From IMG/VR virus record IMGVR_UViG_3300028145_000055, positions 1 through 29,873 of that record: a stretch of DNA of 29,873 nucleotides; one strand, given 5' to 3'. This document shows positions 15,738-24,807 of the stretch, piece after piece. The stretch is from a virus (lineage: Duplodnaviria; Caudoviricetes). Position 1 is the stretch's first letter. Each line of letters opens with the position of its first letter. The position numbers and the translations under genes were made by a program. Below the pieces are notes generated by a model. It ran no database searches. It was not told the DNA's origin and was given only the letters and a program-made list of their open reading frames with translations.

Positions 15738-18641
15738 TCACCGCCCCAACTCTTTCTCAAACCGCTCTATGCGAGCTTCGCGCTGATTGACCGGCGGTGT
15801 CGCCTCCTCCACGATCCGCACACCGCCCCGCACCAGCGGGTTGGCACCGTCGATCTCGAAGCACGTCGACTGCCCACTCGCGTAGTCGGTCCCGGCGCCC
15901 AACGTGATCCTTCGCCCATCCTTGAGCAGCACGTTCAGCTCCTTCATCCTTCTCAAGAACTCGCGGATCGACACGTTGTTCTCGACCAGCCACTTGCGCA
16001 TGAAATACTCGTTCACATAGACCCGCTTGGTGTCCTTCTCGTAGCGCACCTGCAACTCGCGGCGCGGCTCGATCAGCGGACGCAGCTCGACCTTCGGCTT
16101 CCAGGCGCTGGCGACCACCAGGGTCGACGTCATGGACTCGGCCAGGAAGCGGGCGAACACGTCGCATGGATCGGCCTTGGACGCTGCGGCTGTCGCCCGC
16201 ATCCCGCCGACATTCTCCATCGCCCAGTCGACGATGCGGTCGGTCGAGAACTCGAGGATGCCCAGCTTGTTGACGACCACGCCCGCCGCCATCACCGATG
16301 CGATCGTGCGCACCCAGAACCGATGCTCGTTGTTCAGGTTGGTCTTCTTCCACACCTGCTCGGTCCACTTCGGCAGCGCCTCGATAATGAAAGCCAGCAC
16401 CGCGGGTTGGGTCAGCAATCTTAAATACGCATCTCCGGCCAGCCCTGAGTTATCGCGTAAGAGGCGCTTCATTTCGTCGCCCTTTTGCGCAATGCCCTTG
16501 GGTATCTCGGTCTGGAACTCCATGACGCGAAACGCCGGTGCGTCGCTGCCTGCGCCCGTGCTCAGAATGTCCACGATCGAGTTGTTGCTGGCGAGTACCA
16601 GGATGGTCTGCCAGCTTGCCTTGTTGTGCCGAAGTCCGCCGTCCTGCGTGCCGCGCATCTTGTCGCGGCCGTTGGTGAACATCAGGACGAACTCGCGGAT
16701 TTTCTCGGGGTCTCGGTTGTAGAGCTCGTCCCAGGTAACGGGGAGGTTCGCGAGGACTCCAAGGATAAGCGACTTAGAAACTCGCGTGTCGTCGTCTGTA
16801 AGCCGGAGCGCCTCTTTACGCCCCCAGACACTCTCGACGGCTTCGAGAGCCGTAGTCTTGCCTGTGCCACTTTGATCGTTGACAAGGCTGATGATAGAGC
16901 CGCCTTCTCCCGTGCTGTGAAAGCGCATGAGGGGGGCAGCAAAGCCCGCAAGCAACGCGAAAGACTGAGGTTCGCAGCCCTTAGTAAATAGGCTGTTGGC
17001 CGCTCTTGACCATCTTCCAATTTCGCCTCCTTTGTTGGGACCAAGCCACTGGTTGCGTATCTTGACTTCATCGGCGCCCATGATCGGCTGCGTCTCGCCG
17101 CCGACGTACAGGCTCGGCCCAAATAAAAATGAGCCGTCGTCCTTCCAGCCGTACTGCTCGAACCGCTTGTCGAGCTTGTTGTCCGCGTTGAACATATCCA
17201 CCGCTTCTCTCACGTAGCGCTTGAACAGGTCGCTGTCATGGATGATAGCCCCTTTTCCGCAGATCTCGCTTATGCCGCTCGAGGCGAAGATAGTCTTGGC
17301 GCCCAGCACGATCTCCTTGGGCTTCTCGTTGGGCAGCTCGAGGCCAAAGCACAGCCCAAAACTTTCGCCATTTATTTCGCCAGTTTGGACGCTTTTCAAG
17401 TACAGCGGATAGGTACTGACGACTTCGCACAGGTCTTCTCCGTCACTCGTTTCGGTTACGAAGGCGAGGGAGCGGCCGTGCCAGCGGAAGTCGCCGGGGA
17501 GCTTTGGAAGCCCTTCGATCCCCAGCGGTGCATCCAGTACGTCCGGTTGTCCTCGCAGTCCGTTCGCTTCGCCCTCACGATCCAACTGCCGTACCGCATC
17601 AACTCGGTCAGAGAGTTGAATTGGGGAAGTGACCTGTCCGAGGAAAGCGCACCCCTCACAGCCTTTCGCGTTGACTTGCGCGAACTTGGCGCAGGTGGTG
17701 GGACCGAATTGAAGGCTTCGCTGGAGGCGACCTTGTGTTTCCTGATATGTGTATCCGGGGTAGCCGCTCGACCACTGATGAGCGTAGCCCTCACCATCTG
17801 TACAGTGCGCCAGCACTCCAAGAGCTGCGTACCAGTGTGGCTCAGCAACTCGTCCAGCTCGATCGCGAACTTCTCGGATTTGAGCGCAGTGTTCAACAAT
17901 GCGTTCGGCGTATTGGGGATGGTCTCCGAAGATGGTAAGGGCGTCGGCGATGAGGCTTCTCTTACCAGTGCTTCCATTGCGCAACGCGGGTTCGGACACG
18001 GCTCTCCGGCCGGAGCCCACTGCTGGCAGTAAAGGCATTGCCAAGACATTCAGCTCTCCTAATTCATCCAGTCTGTAGGGCCCGACACTTCCACCCCACC
18101 GGACGATTGTCTCGTTGTCGCCCTTGCGGTTGTGGGTTCCGGGAGGACGGAGAATAGACGCACTGTCACAACTTCTAGCCCCATCCACCGCCACTCCGTC
18201 GAAATCAAGAAGTTGTTTGAATTGGCTTGCATAATTCCGCCAGACAGCCGGCTCCAACGCTTTGTCAAGAGGCCAATACGTATGTACACCGCTACCAGAC
18301 GAGACGAAGCAAGGCGCGGGGAATCCCCGCCGGTGGCAGAACTGTAAAATCGCTTCAGCCGCTTCTTGCTGGTCGACGAAGGGCTTCCCCGGACCGGCGT
18401 CAATATCGTGCCAGAAACTTTTAACGGCCAGAACATTGCTCGCCTTCCTGTTATCCGCCGTCGCGTAGCTTGCACACGCATGATAGACAGTGTGTCCCGC
18501 CACGTCGGCGGTCTGGATGATCTGCGCCATCTCCTCGAACGACGGCGTGAACCTGTGGACTACACGCTTACCTTGGAATATCGCGACGCACTTGAGTCCC
18601 TCAACTGGCAGAACGAGCTTTAGGAACTCCAGCAGCGGCAT
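15738..18641 (-). CDS. Primase-helicase (AEP/RepB-like primase + DUF927 helicase)
   Basis: WHDIDAG, SSGSGVHTYW, SILRPPGTHNRK primase motifs; Cys cluster PTTC...CEGC; Walker A SGTGKT and Walker B WDE. Confidence 0.9.
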   Translation of the reverse strand: MPLLEFLKLVLPVEGLKCVAIFQGKRVVHRFTPSFEEMAQIIQTADVAGHTVYHACASYATADNRKASNVLAVKSFWHDIDAGPGKPFVDQQEAAEAILQFCHRRGFPAPCFVSSGSGVHTYWPLDKALEPAVWRNYASQFKQLLDFDGVAVDGARSCDSASILRPPGTHNRKGDNETIVRWGGSVGPYRLDELGELNVLAMPLLPAVGSGRRAVSEPALRNGSTGKRSLIADALTIFGDHPQYAERIVEHCAQIREVRDRAGRVAEPHWYAALGVLAHCTDGEGYAHQWSSGYPGYTYQETQGRLQRSLQFGPTTCAKFAQVNAKGCEGCAFLGQVTSPIQLSDRVDAVRQLDREGEANGLRGQPDVLDAPLGIEGLPKLPGDFRWHGRSLAFVTETSDGEDLCEVVSTYPLYLKSVQTGEINGESFGLCFGLELPNEKPKEIVLGAKTIFASSGISEICGKGAIIHDSDLFKRYVREAVDMFNADNKLDKRFEQYGWKDDGSFLFGPSLYVGGETQPIMGADEVKIRNQWLGPNKGGEIGRWSRAANSLFTKGCEPQSFALLAGFAAPLMRFHSTGEGGSIISLVNDQSGTGKTTALEAVESVWGRKEALRLTDDDTRVSKSLILGVLANLPVTWDELYNRDPEKIREFVLMFTNGRDKMRGTQDGGLRHNKASWQTILVLASNNSIVDILSTGAGSDAPAFRVMEFQTEIPKGIAQKGDEMKRLLRDNSGLAGDAYLRLLTQPAVLAFIIEALPKWTEQVWKKTNLNNEHRFWVRTIASVMAAGVVVNKLGILEFSTDRIVDWAMENVGGMRATAAASKADPCDVFARFLAESMTSTLVVASAWKPKVELRPLIEPRRELQVRYEKDTKRVYVNEYFMRKWLVENNVSIREFLRRMKELNVLLKDGRRITLGAGTDYASGQSTCFEIDGANPLVRGGVRIVEEATPPVNQREARIERFEKELGR

Positions 18642-18903
18642 CGTAGACCCCCTTCACGTAGCGCGGCCGGTGCAGATACCCGATGTAGGATGGTATGGGG
18701 AAGTGTTTCCCATTCGCCACAAGACTTTCAAGGATGCTTAGGTCCGCTTCGGCCCGGCGACCGTCCGGTCCGCGCGGCGCCCAGCCGGAGTGCGTCCAGC
18801 GCCACACTGTAGCGTAGGGCCGTTTGAACCAATCGCGCAAGTCGGCGACCGTGAGATCGCCGTCTTGCAGGACTTTGGCTACGCGGGACTGGAAGGACTT
18901 CAT
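18601..18903 (-). CDS. HTH DNA-binding protein (100 aa)
   Basis: LTVADLRDWFKRPYATVWRW helix-turn-helix pattern; ATG 18903 lies in an ATGA overlap. Confidence 0.65.
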   Translation of the reverse strand: MKSFQSRVAKVLQDGDLTVADLRDWFKRPYATVWRWTHSGWAPRGPDGRRAEADLSILESLVANGKHFPIPSYIGYLHRPRYVKGVYDAAAGVPKARSAS

Positions 18904-18986
18904 GTCGGCCGCCCGACAACAAAGCCTGTAAAAAAGGCTATTGTGAAAAGTCCTAAGCTGTAAACGGCGTACATCGTGCAGCTCAT
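18900..18986 (-). CDS. 28-aa membrane peptide (not in ORF track)
   Basis: MSCTMYAVYSLGLFTIAFFTGFVVGRPT*; ATGA overlaps at both ends. Confidence 0.55.
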   Translation of the reverse strand: MSCTMYAVYSLGLFTIAFFTGFVVGRPT

Positions 18987-19156
18987 GTCTTTGGCCTCGG
19001 CTGGTCACAGGGGACATTGCTGCTGTACCAGGAGCCGACACGAGATAGCTCTTGCGCCAGAGCAACAGGCTCATCCGCTCGGCACATATACTTGGGTATA
19101 TCCGGGATAACCGGCGCGCACGTCATAATGCCGATCCAACACAAAAACGTCTTCAT
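18983..19156 (-). CDS. 57-aa Cys-containing protein (not in ORF track)
   Basis: MKTFLCWIGIMTCAPVIP...NVPCDQPRPKT*; ATGA overlaps at both ends. Confidence 0.55.
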   Translation of the reverse strand: MKTFLCWIGIMTCAPVIPDIPKYMCRADEPVALAQELSRVGSWYSSNVPCDQPRPKT

Positions 19157-19332
19157 TCTTTTTCACCGCAGGTCGCGCAATAATGCAACCAATCGGCTCC
19201 TGCCTTCCGCGACTTCCAGCCGTCGTCGGTAAGCATCTGACGAGCTTCGTAGAAGTCAGCCGTGTCGGTAATGAGCACTTCGGCACATTTGTCGCACTCA
19301 AACACGATCTTGCCTCGCTGCCGGTCAAGCAT
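19153..19332 (-). CDS. 59-aa zinc-ribbon protein (not in ORF track)
   Basis: MLDRQRGKIVFECDKC...GW...WLHYCATCGEKE*; AAGGGG RBS. Confidence 0.8.
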   Translation of the reverse strand: MLDRQRGKIVFECDKCAEVLITDTADFYEARQMLTDDGWKSRKAGADWLHYCATCGEKE

Positions 19333-19341
19333 GAAAACCCC

Positions 19342-20493
19342 TTATGTCGGCAGCGCAAACGCCTTGGCAATGGCGTCTTGCATGGCCTGATCGGGCGCGG
19401 CCGGCGTCGCCATGCCAAAGCCCTGTGGGGCCGCGGGTGCTGGCGTGGTGGGCTGCTCTCGCTTGAGGAACGCAGGGATAGCAAGGGTATCCGCCGCCTG
19501 CGCAGGTGCGGGGGGCTGCACGCTCGGCTGGGTTGGCGTAGCCGTGGCAGGCGGCGGACTGGATTGCGCCATGAAGGGCGCGGTCTGCGGAATAGTGTTC
19601 GCCGGGACGTTCACTGGAGCCTGAAAGCCGTTCTCGGCGGTGGCACCAGCTTTACGTCCTCGCTTTGCCTTTACCGGCACAGCAGGCCCAGCAGAGGGTT
19701 GGAATTGGGGCGTCGCCGGTGAGGGCGAGAAGCCCGCACTCGGCGCAGCGGTAAAAGGTGCAGGCTGCACCGGCGGTGCAATTTGTTGGACCTGAGCAGG
19801 CGCTGCGATCTGCGCCGAATAAGGCACGTCGTTCTGGCCGACAATATCGCCGCTCGTCCCCTTGTTCCACGCCGCTTCCCGCTGCGCCAGCAGTGCCTGG
19901 TTGCCGGGCACCGGCGCCACCGGGCTGAACTTGAGCACGCCCTGCGACTCGAACTCGAGACGGGTCACAACATCTGAGAGATCAGGTGAAGAACCGTCCG
20001 TAAACTTCTGAGCCTTCAGGAAATTGATGTAGGTCTGCCAGTTCTTGAACGAGCCGGGCTTGACCGTCATCAGGAAGATCATGTTGTCGGGATCGCCGGG
20101 GACGATGAACGCCAGCTTCTTCATGTCGACGCACGCTTTGATCTTGGCGCCGGTGAACTTGGAGATCGCCGAGCCGATGACGTTGTGCGGGCAGCTCATG
20201 CACTGTGGCGACTGCGGCGTGGCCGCTTGCGACGAAGGAGCAACGCCATTGTCCGACCAGCAGATCGGGATATCGCCGCCGGCTTCCTGCGGGTTATATT
20301 CTTTCCCCCAGAACATCTTGCTGACCTTGGGGTTCAAGTCGACGAAGCAAACGTCGAGATTGAGCGCGTTGATCGGCTTCTGATTGCCGCCGCTGTCGAC
20401 CAGCGTGAAGCGGTTGGCGTCGATCGACAGCCGGGGCGGCATGGTGCGGCCGAGATTATCGGCGGCATGGTCGAGCAGTCTTGGTCTAGCCAT
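19342..20493 (-). CDS. SSB-like/recombination-associated protein with a P/A/Q-rich tail
   Basis: Start MARPRLL (TGATG overlap, AGGAG RBS); CWSDNG..P, CMSCPHN, KAC motifs seen in phage replication-module SSB-like proteins. Confidence 0.6.
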   Translation of the reverse strand: MARPRLLDHAADNLGRTMPPRLSIDANRFTLVDSGGNQKPINALNLDVCFVDLNPKVSKMFWGKEYNPQEAGGDIPICWSDNGVAPSSQAATPQSPQCMSCPHNVIGSAISKFTGAKIKACVDMKKLAFIVPGDPDNMIFLMTVKPGSFKNWQTYINFLKAQKFTDGSSPDLSDVVTRLEFESQGVLKFSPVAPVPGNQALLAQREAAWNKGTSGDIVGQNDVPYSAQIAAPAQVQQIAPPVQPAPFTAAPSAGFSPSPATPQFQPSAGPAVPVKAKRGRKAGATAENGFQAPVNVPANTIPQTAPFMAQSSPPPATATPTQPSVQPPAPAQAADTLAIPAFLKREQPTTPAPAAPQGFGMATPAAPDQAMQDAIAKAFALPT

Positions 20494-20882
20494 CAAGAGC
20501 TCCTTGGGCGGTTGAATTGAACGTCTGTAACATACGTAACATCGACGCCGCTTGGAGCGCAACCATGCTCCTTAACGTAGTCGACAATTTTTTCCTTGGA
20601 CACTGCATTGGTGAACCAGTCTAACGAGCCCTGCTGCACAACGAACTCGTTGAACGAGTTGCGGTCGGCCACGCGGACGCGGGTGCTGGTCTTCTTGAAA
20701 GCTGTGCCAAACTCCGACTTCACGTTGTCGAGGTTGTTGGCGTTCAGATGCTCCTGCATCGCGCCCTCGATGGCAGTCATGCCAGCCTTGTAGGGCTCGA
20801 GTTCAGTCTCGAACGCCTTGGTGCGCGCTTCCACCGCATCGCGCAGTTTGATGTATTGCTGGATCAGATCGGCGGGGGTCAT
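20493..20882 (-). CDS. Gam/Gp157-like coiled-coil protein
   Basis: N-terminal coiled coil, KSEFGT, C-terminal PSGVDV pattern. Confidence 0.55.
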   Translation of the reverse strand: MTPADLIQQYIKLRDAVEARTKAFETELEPYKAGMTAIEGAMQEHLNANNLDNVKSEFGTAFKKTSTRVRVADRNSFNEFVVQQGSLDWFTNAVSKEKIVDYVKEHGCAPSGVDVTYVTDVQFNRPRSS

Positions 20883-21091
20883 GATTTTGATACTTCGTCG
20901 TAGAAGTGAAATTCCTTATTGGCTTTCTCGATCATATCGGCGATCGCTGCATCCAAATACCACTCTCCGTTGGAGTCGGAGGCAGCAAGTTTTTGCTTCA
21001 CAATCATCCACTCGGCGACCGACATGGTGATAGTTAACGTCATGTCGATCTTGCTAGGATGAGTAATCTGAAACGTCCCTCGCGCAGCCAT
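20879..21091 (-). CDS. Hypothetical protein (70 aa)
   Basis: GGAGG RBS; fills the gap exactly; ATGA overlap. Confidence 0.65.
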   Translation of the reverse strand: MAARGTFQITHPSKIDMTLTITMSVAEWMIVKQKLAASDSNGEWYLDAAIADMIEKANKEFHFYDEVSKS

Positions 21092-22639
21092 CTACCCCTC
21101 CTGCACCAACTTCAATAAGAGACCTTGGAGCGTCTCGTTGCTCTCAAGCCTGCGATAAATTTCGCGTTCAATAGCCGTTGCCGCGAGCTGCACAACGACG
21201 CAGCTTTTGGTCTGCCCTGGGCGATGGATGCGCTTGTTGGCCTGCAGATAGAGCTCGGTTCGGTCGATGGGTGCAAACCAGACAACCGTTGTCGCTGCGA
21301 CAAGAGTGACGCCGTGCGCCATTGTGCCAGGGTCTGCAAGAATAATTCTTGGCTTGTCGTCCTGCTCGAACGACCGGAAGATCTCGTTGCGTTCTTTTGG
21401 GCTTGTGTCGCCATGAACCTGCACCGTTGCGTATTGGTCTTTCAACTCCTCATATAACATACCTAATACGCTTCGCAAGGGGGCGAAGATAATTATTTTT
21501 TCGCTAGATTGTTCAATCACTTCTCGAAGTGCCGCAAGACGAGGACGGCAGTCCAGCTTATGGATAGGCCGACCACCGCTGCGATCAGCATGACCATAAA
21601 CACGTCCTGTAGATATCTGAATAAGTTTGCTGCGGAGCACTGCCTCATTAGCCGCAGTGATTGGGCCAGCCTTGGCCTGAAGGACCAGATCATTTTTCAT
21701 TTCCTTATAAGCCGCCTGCTGCTCGCTCGAGAGCTCGACCTCTCTCTGTTGGACAGTCATCGGCGGCAAGTCGACGCACTGGTCGATCGAGAAGCGCACG
21801 CTGGGCTGTAAGATCGCCATTGCCGCGGCGTGCGAGCCTGACTTCGGCACGCGCTTGTAGAGCGAGATCTTGGTGGTGACACGATCCTGGTAGGAGTAGA
21901 ACGACTCGCCGTTGGCGTTGTTGACCAGCTTAGCCATGCCGTAGGCATCTTCCGGCCCGTTGGGAGTCGGCGTGCCGGTCATCATCCACAAGTAATCTTT
22001 AGTGGATAATAGGCTTCTGGCGAGCTTGTGACGTTTCGTCGTCCGATCACGGTACGCCGAGCACTCGTCCACGATAGCCATTCGTATATCGTTTCGTTGA
22101 GCCAGCTCTTTGGACAAAACAGCGAGGCCGTCAAAGTTGACGATGTAAAAGTCCGCTTCTCTCGCGAGCAGTTCACGACGCTTAGCAGCGGAGCCGTGGA
22201 GCACAACAGCTGTTCTCTTACCGAGAAAGTGGGTGAAGATGGCATCGGCCCAGACCCTTTGCATTGTGCTCAGTGGGCAAACAACAAGAACCCGAACCCC
22301 AGGGAACTGGCGCAAAATGAAATCAGCAGCCCATAACGCCGCCAACGTCTTACCTGTTCCCATGTCTGACAAAACAAAGGCTCGGGGATGTACAGAAAGA
22401 AAATTAGCAGTGACACGCTGAGCAACGAAAGGGTGGTAGCGACCGGGCCAGTCATAGTTGCCATCCATCGGTGCAGGGACTTCAAGCCCCAGCCAGCGGC
22501 AGAGCTGGATCGAGTAGAGATTGTTCGGGACGCAGACATAGCCGTTCGACAGCCGCCTGCTGCCGGGCACGGTCTTGCTGACGCGATCGGCGAGCGGCGT
22601 GTCGTAGATTAGGACGTTATGTTTGTTGTCGAGCCACAT
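21092..22639 (-). CDS. SNF2-family (SF2) helicase
   Basis: DMGTGKT, IVDECS, MTGTP, HGVTL, QANKRIHRPGQ; likely start MWLDNK. Confidence 0.92.
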   Translation of the reverse strand: MWLDNKHNVLIYDTPLADRVSKTVPGSRRLSNGYVCVPNNLYSIQLCRWLGLEVPAPMDGNYDWPGRYHPFVAQRVTANFLSVHPRAFVLSDMGTGKTLAALWAADFILRQFPGVRVLVVCPLSTMQRVWADAIFTHFLGKRTAVVLHGSAAKRRELLAREADFYIVNFDGLAVLSKELAQRNDIRMAIVDECSAYRDRTTKRHKLARSLLSTKDYLWMMTGTPTPNGPEDAYGMAKLVNNANGESFYSYQDRVTTKISLYKRVPKSGSHAAAMAILQPSVRFSIDQCVDLPPMTVQQREVELSSEQQAAYKEMKNDLVLQAKAGPITAANEAVLRSKLIQISTGRVYGHADRSGGRPIHKLDCRPRLAALREVIEQSSEKIIIFAPLRSVLGMLYEELKDQYATVQVHGDTSPKERNEIFRSFEQDDKPRIILADPGTMAHGVTLVAATTVVWFAPIDRTELYLQANKRIHRPGQTKSCVVVQLAATAIEREIYRRLESNETLQGLLLKLVQEG

Positions 22640-22967
22640 TTTCAATCTTGTAGGGTGGCGCCCATCCGCCAAGTCGGACAGCGCGAACGCTAATCCCCAG
22701 CGGAGCTAGACGCTCATTCATTCGGACCATGTGAACCGATATCGTATTTCTTGCAGCCAGCGGCCCGCCATCGGGGCGATCGCCGTAGACCGCATTTATG
22801 ATCTCCTCCAGCGAAAGCGTTCGACGTCGAACAGCGCTGATTATTTTGTACTGGGTGGTCGTGAGCCGCACAGCTTCAGATCCCTTTCCAACAACGCGGT
22901 ACTCATCCAGGAACACCAGTTCGCTGGAGTCGGCGGGGTACGGCTGGCCGCAGCAAGGACAGTCCAC
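22617..22967 (-). CDS. Winged-helix (OmpR C-terminal-like) regulator with an N-terminal CPCC
   Basis: VRLTTTQYKII...EEIINAVYG...NTISVHMVRMNERL. Confidence 0.75.
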   Translation of the reverse strand: MDCPCCGQPYPADSSELVFLDEYRVVGKGSEAVRLTTTQYKIISAVRRRTLSLEEIINAVYGDRPDGGPLAARNTISVHMVRMNERLAPLGISVRAVRLGGWAPPYKIENVARQQT

Positions 22968-22968
22968 G

Positions 22969-23280
22969 TCATGTCTCCGGGTTATAACGATGCAAAGCGT
23001 GTTGCTGAATATAGTCGATTGTGCGCTGCAGGCTGTTGGTCGTGAACGCCACGCCGCCAGCTTGGCCGATCTCTTTGATAACCAAGCCCTGCTTCTTCGT
23101 AGGCTCCCATATCTCCGGCCGCTTCACTTCAAAAGCTACGAACCGCCCTTGGATGCAGGACAGACAGTCGATCGTGCGTTTGCCATACCCGAATTGCACT
23201 GGCCAAAAATGATAGGCGCCGATGCTATCCAGCCACTCCTTGATCTCGTCTTTGACTTTACCCTCTGGCGTCGAGCTCAT
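22969..23280 (-). CDS. VRR-NUC nuclease
   Basis: PEGKVK, IDCLSC.GRFVAFEVKRP, PTKKQ, AGGVAF. Confidence 0.88.
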   Translation of the reverse strand: MSSTPEGKVKDEIKEWLDSIGAYHFWPVQFGYGKRTIDCLSCIQGRFVAFEVKRPEIWEPTKKQGLVIKEIGQAGGVAFTTNSLQRTIDYIQQHALHRYNPET

Positions 23281-23498
23281 TGCACGAACCTCGGCTTGAA
23301 TGTCTCGGCCTGCTCGACCGTAATGAGAGAGATGTGGGCGATCTGATCGTACACGATGCAGAACTTGTCAGTCACTACCGCGCCGGCCAGAGTGATGTTG
23401 TTCCAAAAGTTAGGCAGGCTGACGTTCTCGGCTACCTCCAAGTCGAAAAATATGACGGGGTGCGGTCCCTTGAGCACGATGCGGAAGTATTTTTTCAC
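23277..23498 (-). CDS. Hypothetical protein (73 aa)
   Basis: 4-nt overlaps with both neighbours. Confidence 0.65.
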   Translation of the reverse strand: MKKYFRIVLKGPHPVIFFDLEVAENVSLPNFWNNITLAGAVVTDKFCIVYDQIAHISLITVEQAETFKPRFVQ

Positions 23499-24145
23499 TT
23501 GCGAACCCGGTTAAAGTTGCAGCTCACAACGGGGCACCAGTTACACAGTGGTCCCGGCTTTGTTCTCCACTCCCCGGTCTTATGGCAATGCTCGATCTCG
23601 TCGGCCTTCTCTTGAATGCACTCTAGCGTCTCGCCGGTGTTGGAGACGTCATGGGCGCGGCCAACCACGCCGTCCTGCAGCCAGACGTAGTGGCCGGTGA
23701 TGCGTTCAATCTCTGGCCAAGTAGCGTGCAGCATCAGGGCTTGAACCTCGAGTTCGTAGGGATCTTCGCGCTTCTTGCCAGTCTTGTAGTCCATTAGGAG
23801 TGCCGTGGTGCCCTGCTTCACCGCGATATCCGCCTTGCCACGTAGCCACACGTCATCGTCGAAGAACGCAATCGGAGAACCGTCGCGCTTGATACCCAGC
23901 TTCATCTCACACTCCGGATTAAGCGGTTCTAGTGCAGCAGCATAGAACTCATATTTCACCATCTGCGGCGGCAGCGGCACCTTGTCGCGCACGCGCTTCT
24001 CCAGCGCTGTATGCACTTCTGTCCCCCACTTCATCGCTGGCGTCTCTTGGAATGGGATATCTTTTAATACAAATCTGTGGAAACTCTGCTTTGGACAGAT
24101 TTCGTATGTCGACAAGAACGTATAGCTATATTTTGGAAGCTTCAT
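23495..24145 (-). CDS. Cas4/RecB-like PD-(D/E)xK exonuclease
   Basis: YSYT..YEICP, GTEVH, RGKAD, DYKTGK, LCNWCPVVSC; ATGA-coupled start MKLPK. Confidence 0.88.
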   Translation of the reverse strand: MKLPKYSYTFLSTYEICPKQSFHRFVLKDIPFQETPAMKWGTEVHTALEKRVRDKVPLPPQMVKYEFYAAALEPLNPECEMKLGIKRDGSPIAFFDDDVWLRGKADIAVKQGTTALLMDYKTGKKREDPYELEVQALMLHATWPEIERITGHYVWLQDGVVGRAHDVSNTGETLECIQEKADEIEHCHKTGEWRTKPGPLCNWCPVVSCNFNRVRK

Positions 24146-24567
24146 CGGCCGCGCTTTCGGTGATACGCAGCCAGCGTTAGCTTGTTGTGGCAGGCTTTGC
24201 AGTAGCGATAAGTCTTCCACAGTTGCGTGTTTTCTCTCGTGTATTCGTGCCCCTGGGGACAGTGCGTTTTGCGGGCGTGTTTAGCGCAAGCCCCTTCCCC
24301 ACGCATTATATTCACGACGCGAGTTACAGGCTCGAGATGATCTGGGTTAACGCAACATCGAACGCGGCAGGTATGATCGAGCGTAAGCCCCTGTGGCACC
24401 GGCCCGACGAGTAATTCATAGACGACGATATGGGCGCGCTTTACTTTTTTATTGTGATAGCTTGCTCCGTATCCTTCGCCAGCGTCACCGCCAGCCCACA
24501 ACCAGCAGCCTGTGTTGGGCTCAGGGCTGATCTTGCGTTCAATCCGATCTGGTAAGCCGAGACTCAT
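24142..24567 (-). CDS. HNH homing endonuclease
   Basis: GCWLWAG, GYG, RAH, LDHTCRVRCCVNPDHLEPVT..N, KTHCPQGHEYT. Confidence 0.9.
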   Translation of the reverse strand: MSLGLPDRIERKISPEPNTGCWLWAGGDAGEGYGASYHNKKVKRAHIVVYELLVGPVPQGLTLDHTCRVRCCVNPDHLEPVTRVVNIMRGEGACAKHARKTHCPQGHEYTRENTQLWKTYRYCKACHNKLTLAAYHRKRGR

Positions 24568-24725
24568 TTGCGCCGCTTCACAACTGCGTTTGCCTCGCGA
24601 ATGGCGCGGCCTTCATCGCCGGTCTTTGCCAGCACGGCATCAGCGACATGCGCCCACTGCCGTTTAGCCTTCGGGCTCTTGGCCTTCTTCGTCTTGCGGC
24701 TGGCGTCTTTTGCTGTCCAAGGCAT
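24564..24725 (-). CDS. 53-aa ChaB-like basic protein (not in ORF track)
   Basis: MPWTAKDASRKTKKAKSPKAKRQWAHVADAVLAKTGDEGRAIREANAVVKRRK*; AAGGA RBS; ATGA overlap with the HNH gene. Confidence 0.75.
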   Translation of the reverse strand: MPWTAKDASRKTKKAKSPKAKRQWAHVADAVLAKTGDEGRAIREANAVVKRRK

Positions 24726-24807
24726 TTTTCAGTTTCCTTATGTTGTACCAAGTGACACAGATTGCTACGACCGAGCAAAACATCCAGAAGGGGAAGTAGT
24801 CGCTCAT
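24664..24807 (-). CDS. Possible 47-aa membrane peptide (not in ORF track)
   Basis: ATGA overlap with the polymerase stop; MSDYFPFWMFCSVVAICVTWYNIRKLK...; overlaps the ChaB-like ORF by 62 nt. Confidence 0.4.
   Translation of the reverse strand: MSDYFPFWMFCSVVAICVTWYNIRKLKNALDSKRRQPQDEEGQEPEG

Noticed and set aside
19071-19484. 137-aa minus ORF in the track
   Set aside because: Better explained by the SSB-like 3' end plus the coupled 59-aa and 57-aa ORFs in other frames
23495-24145. Cas4-like gene as part of a CRISPR-Cas system
   Set aside because: No cas1/cas2 or array; ordinary phage replication-module exonuclease context
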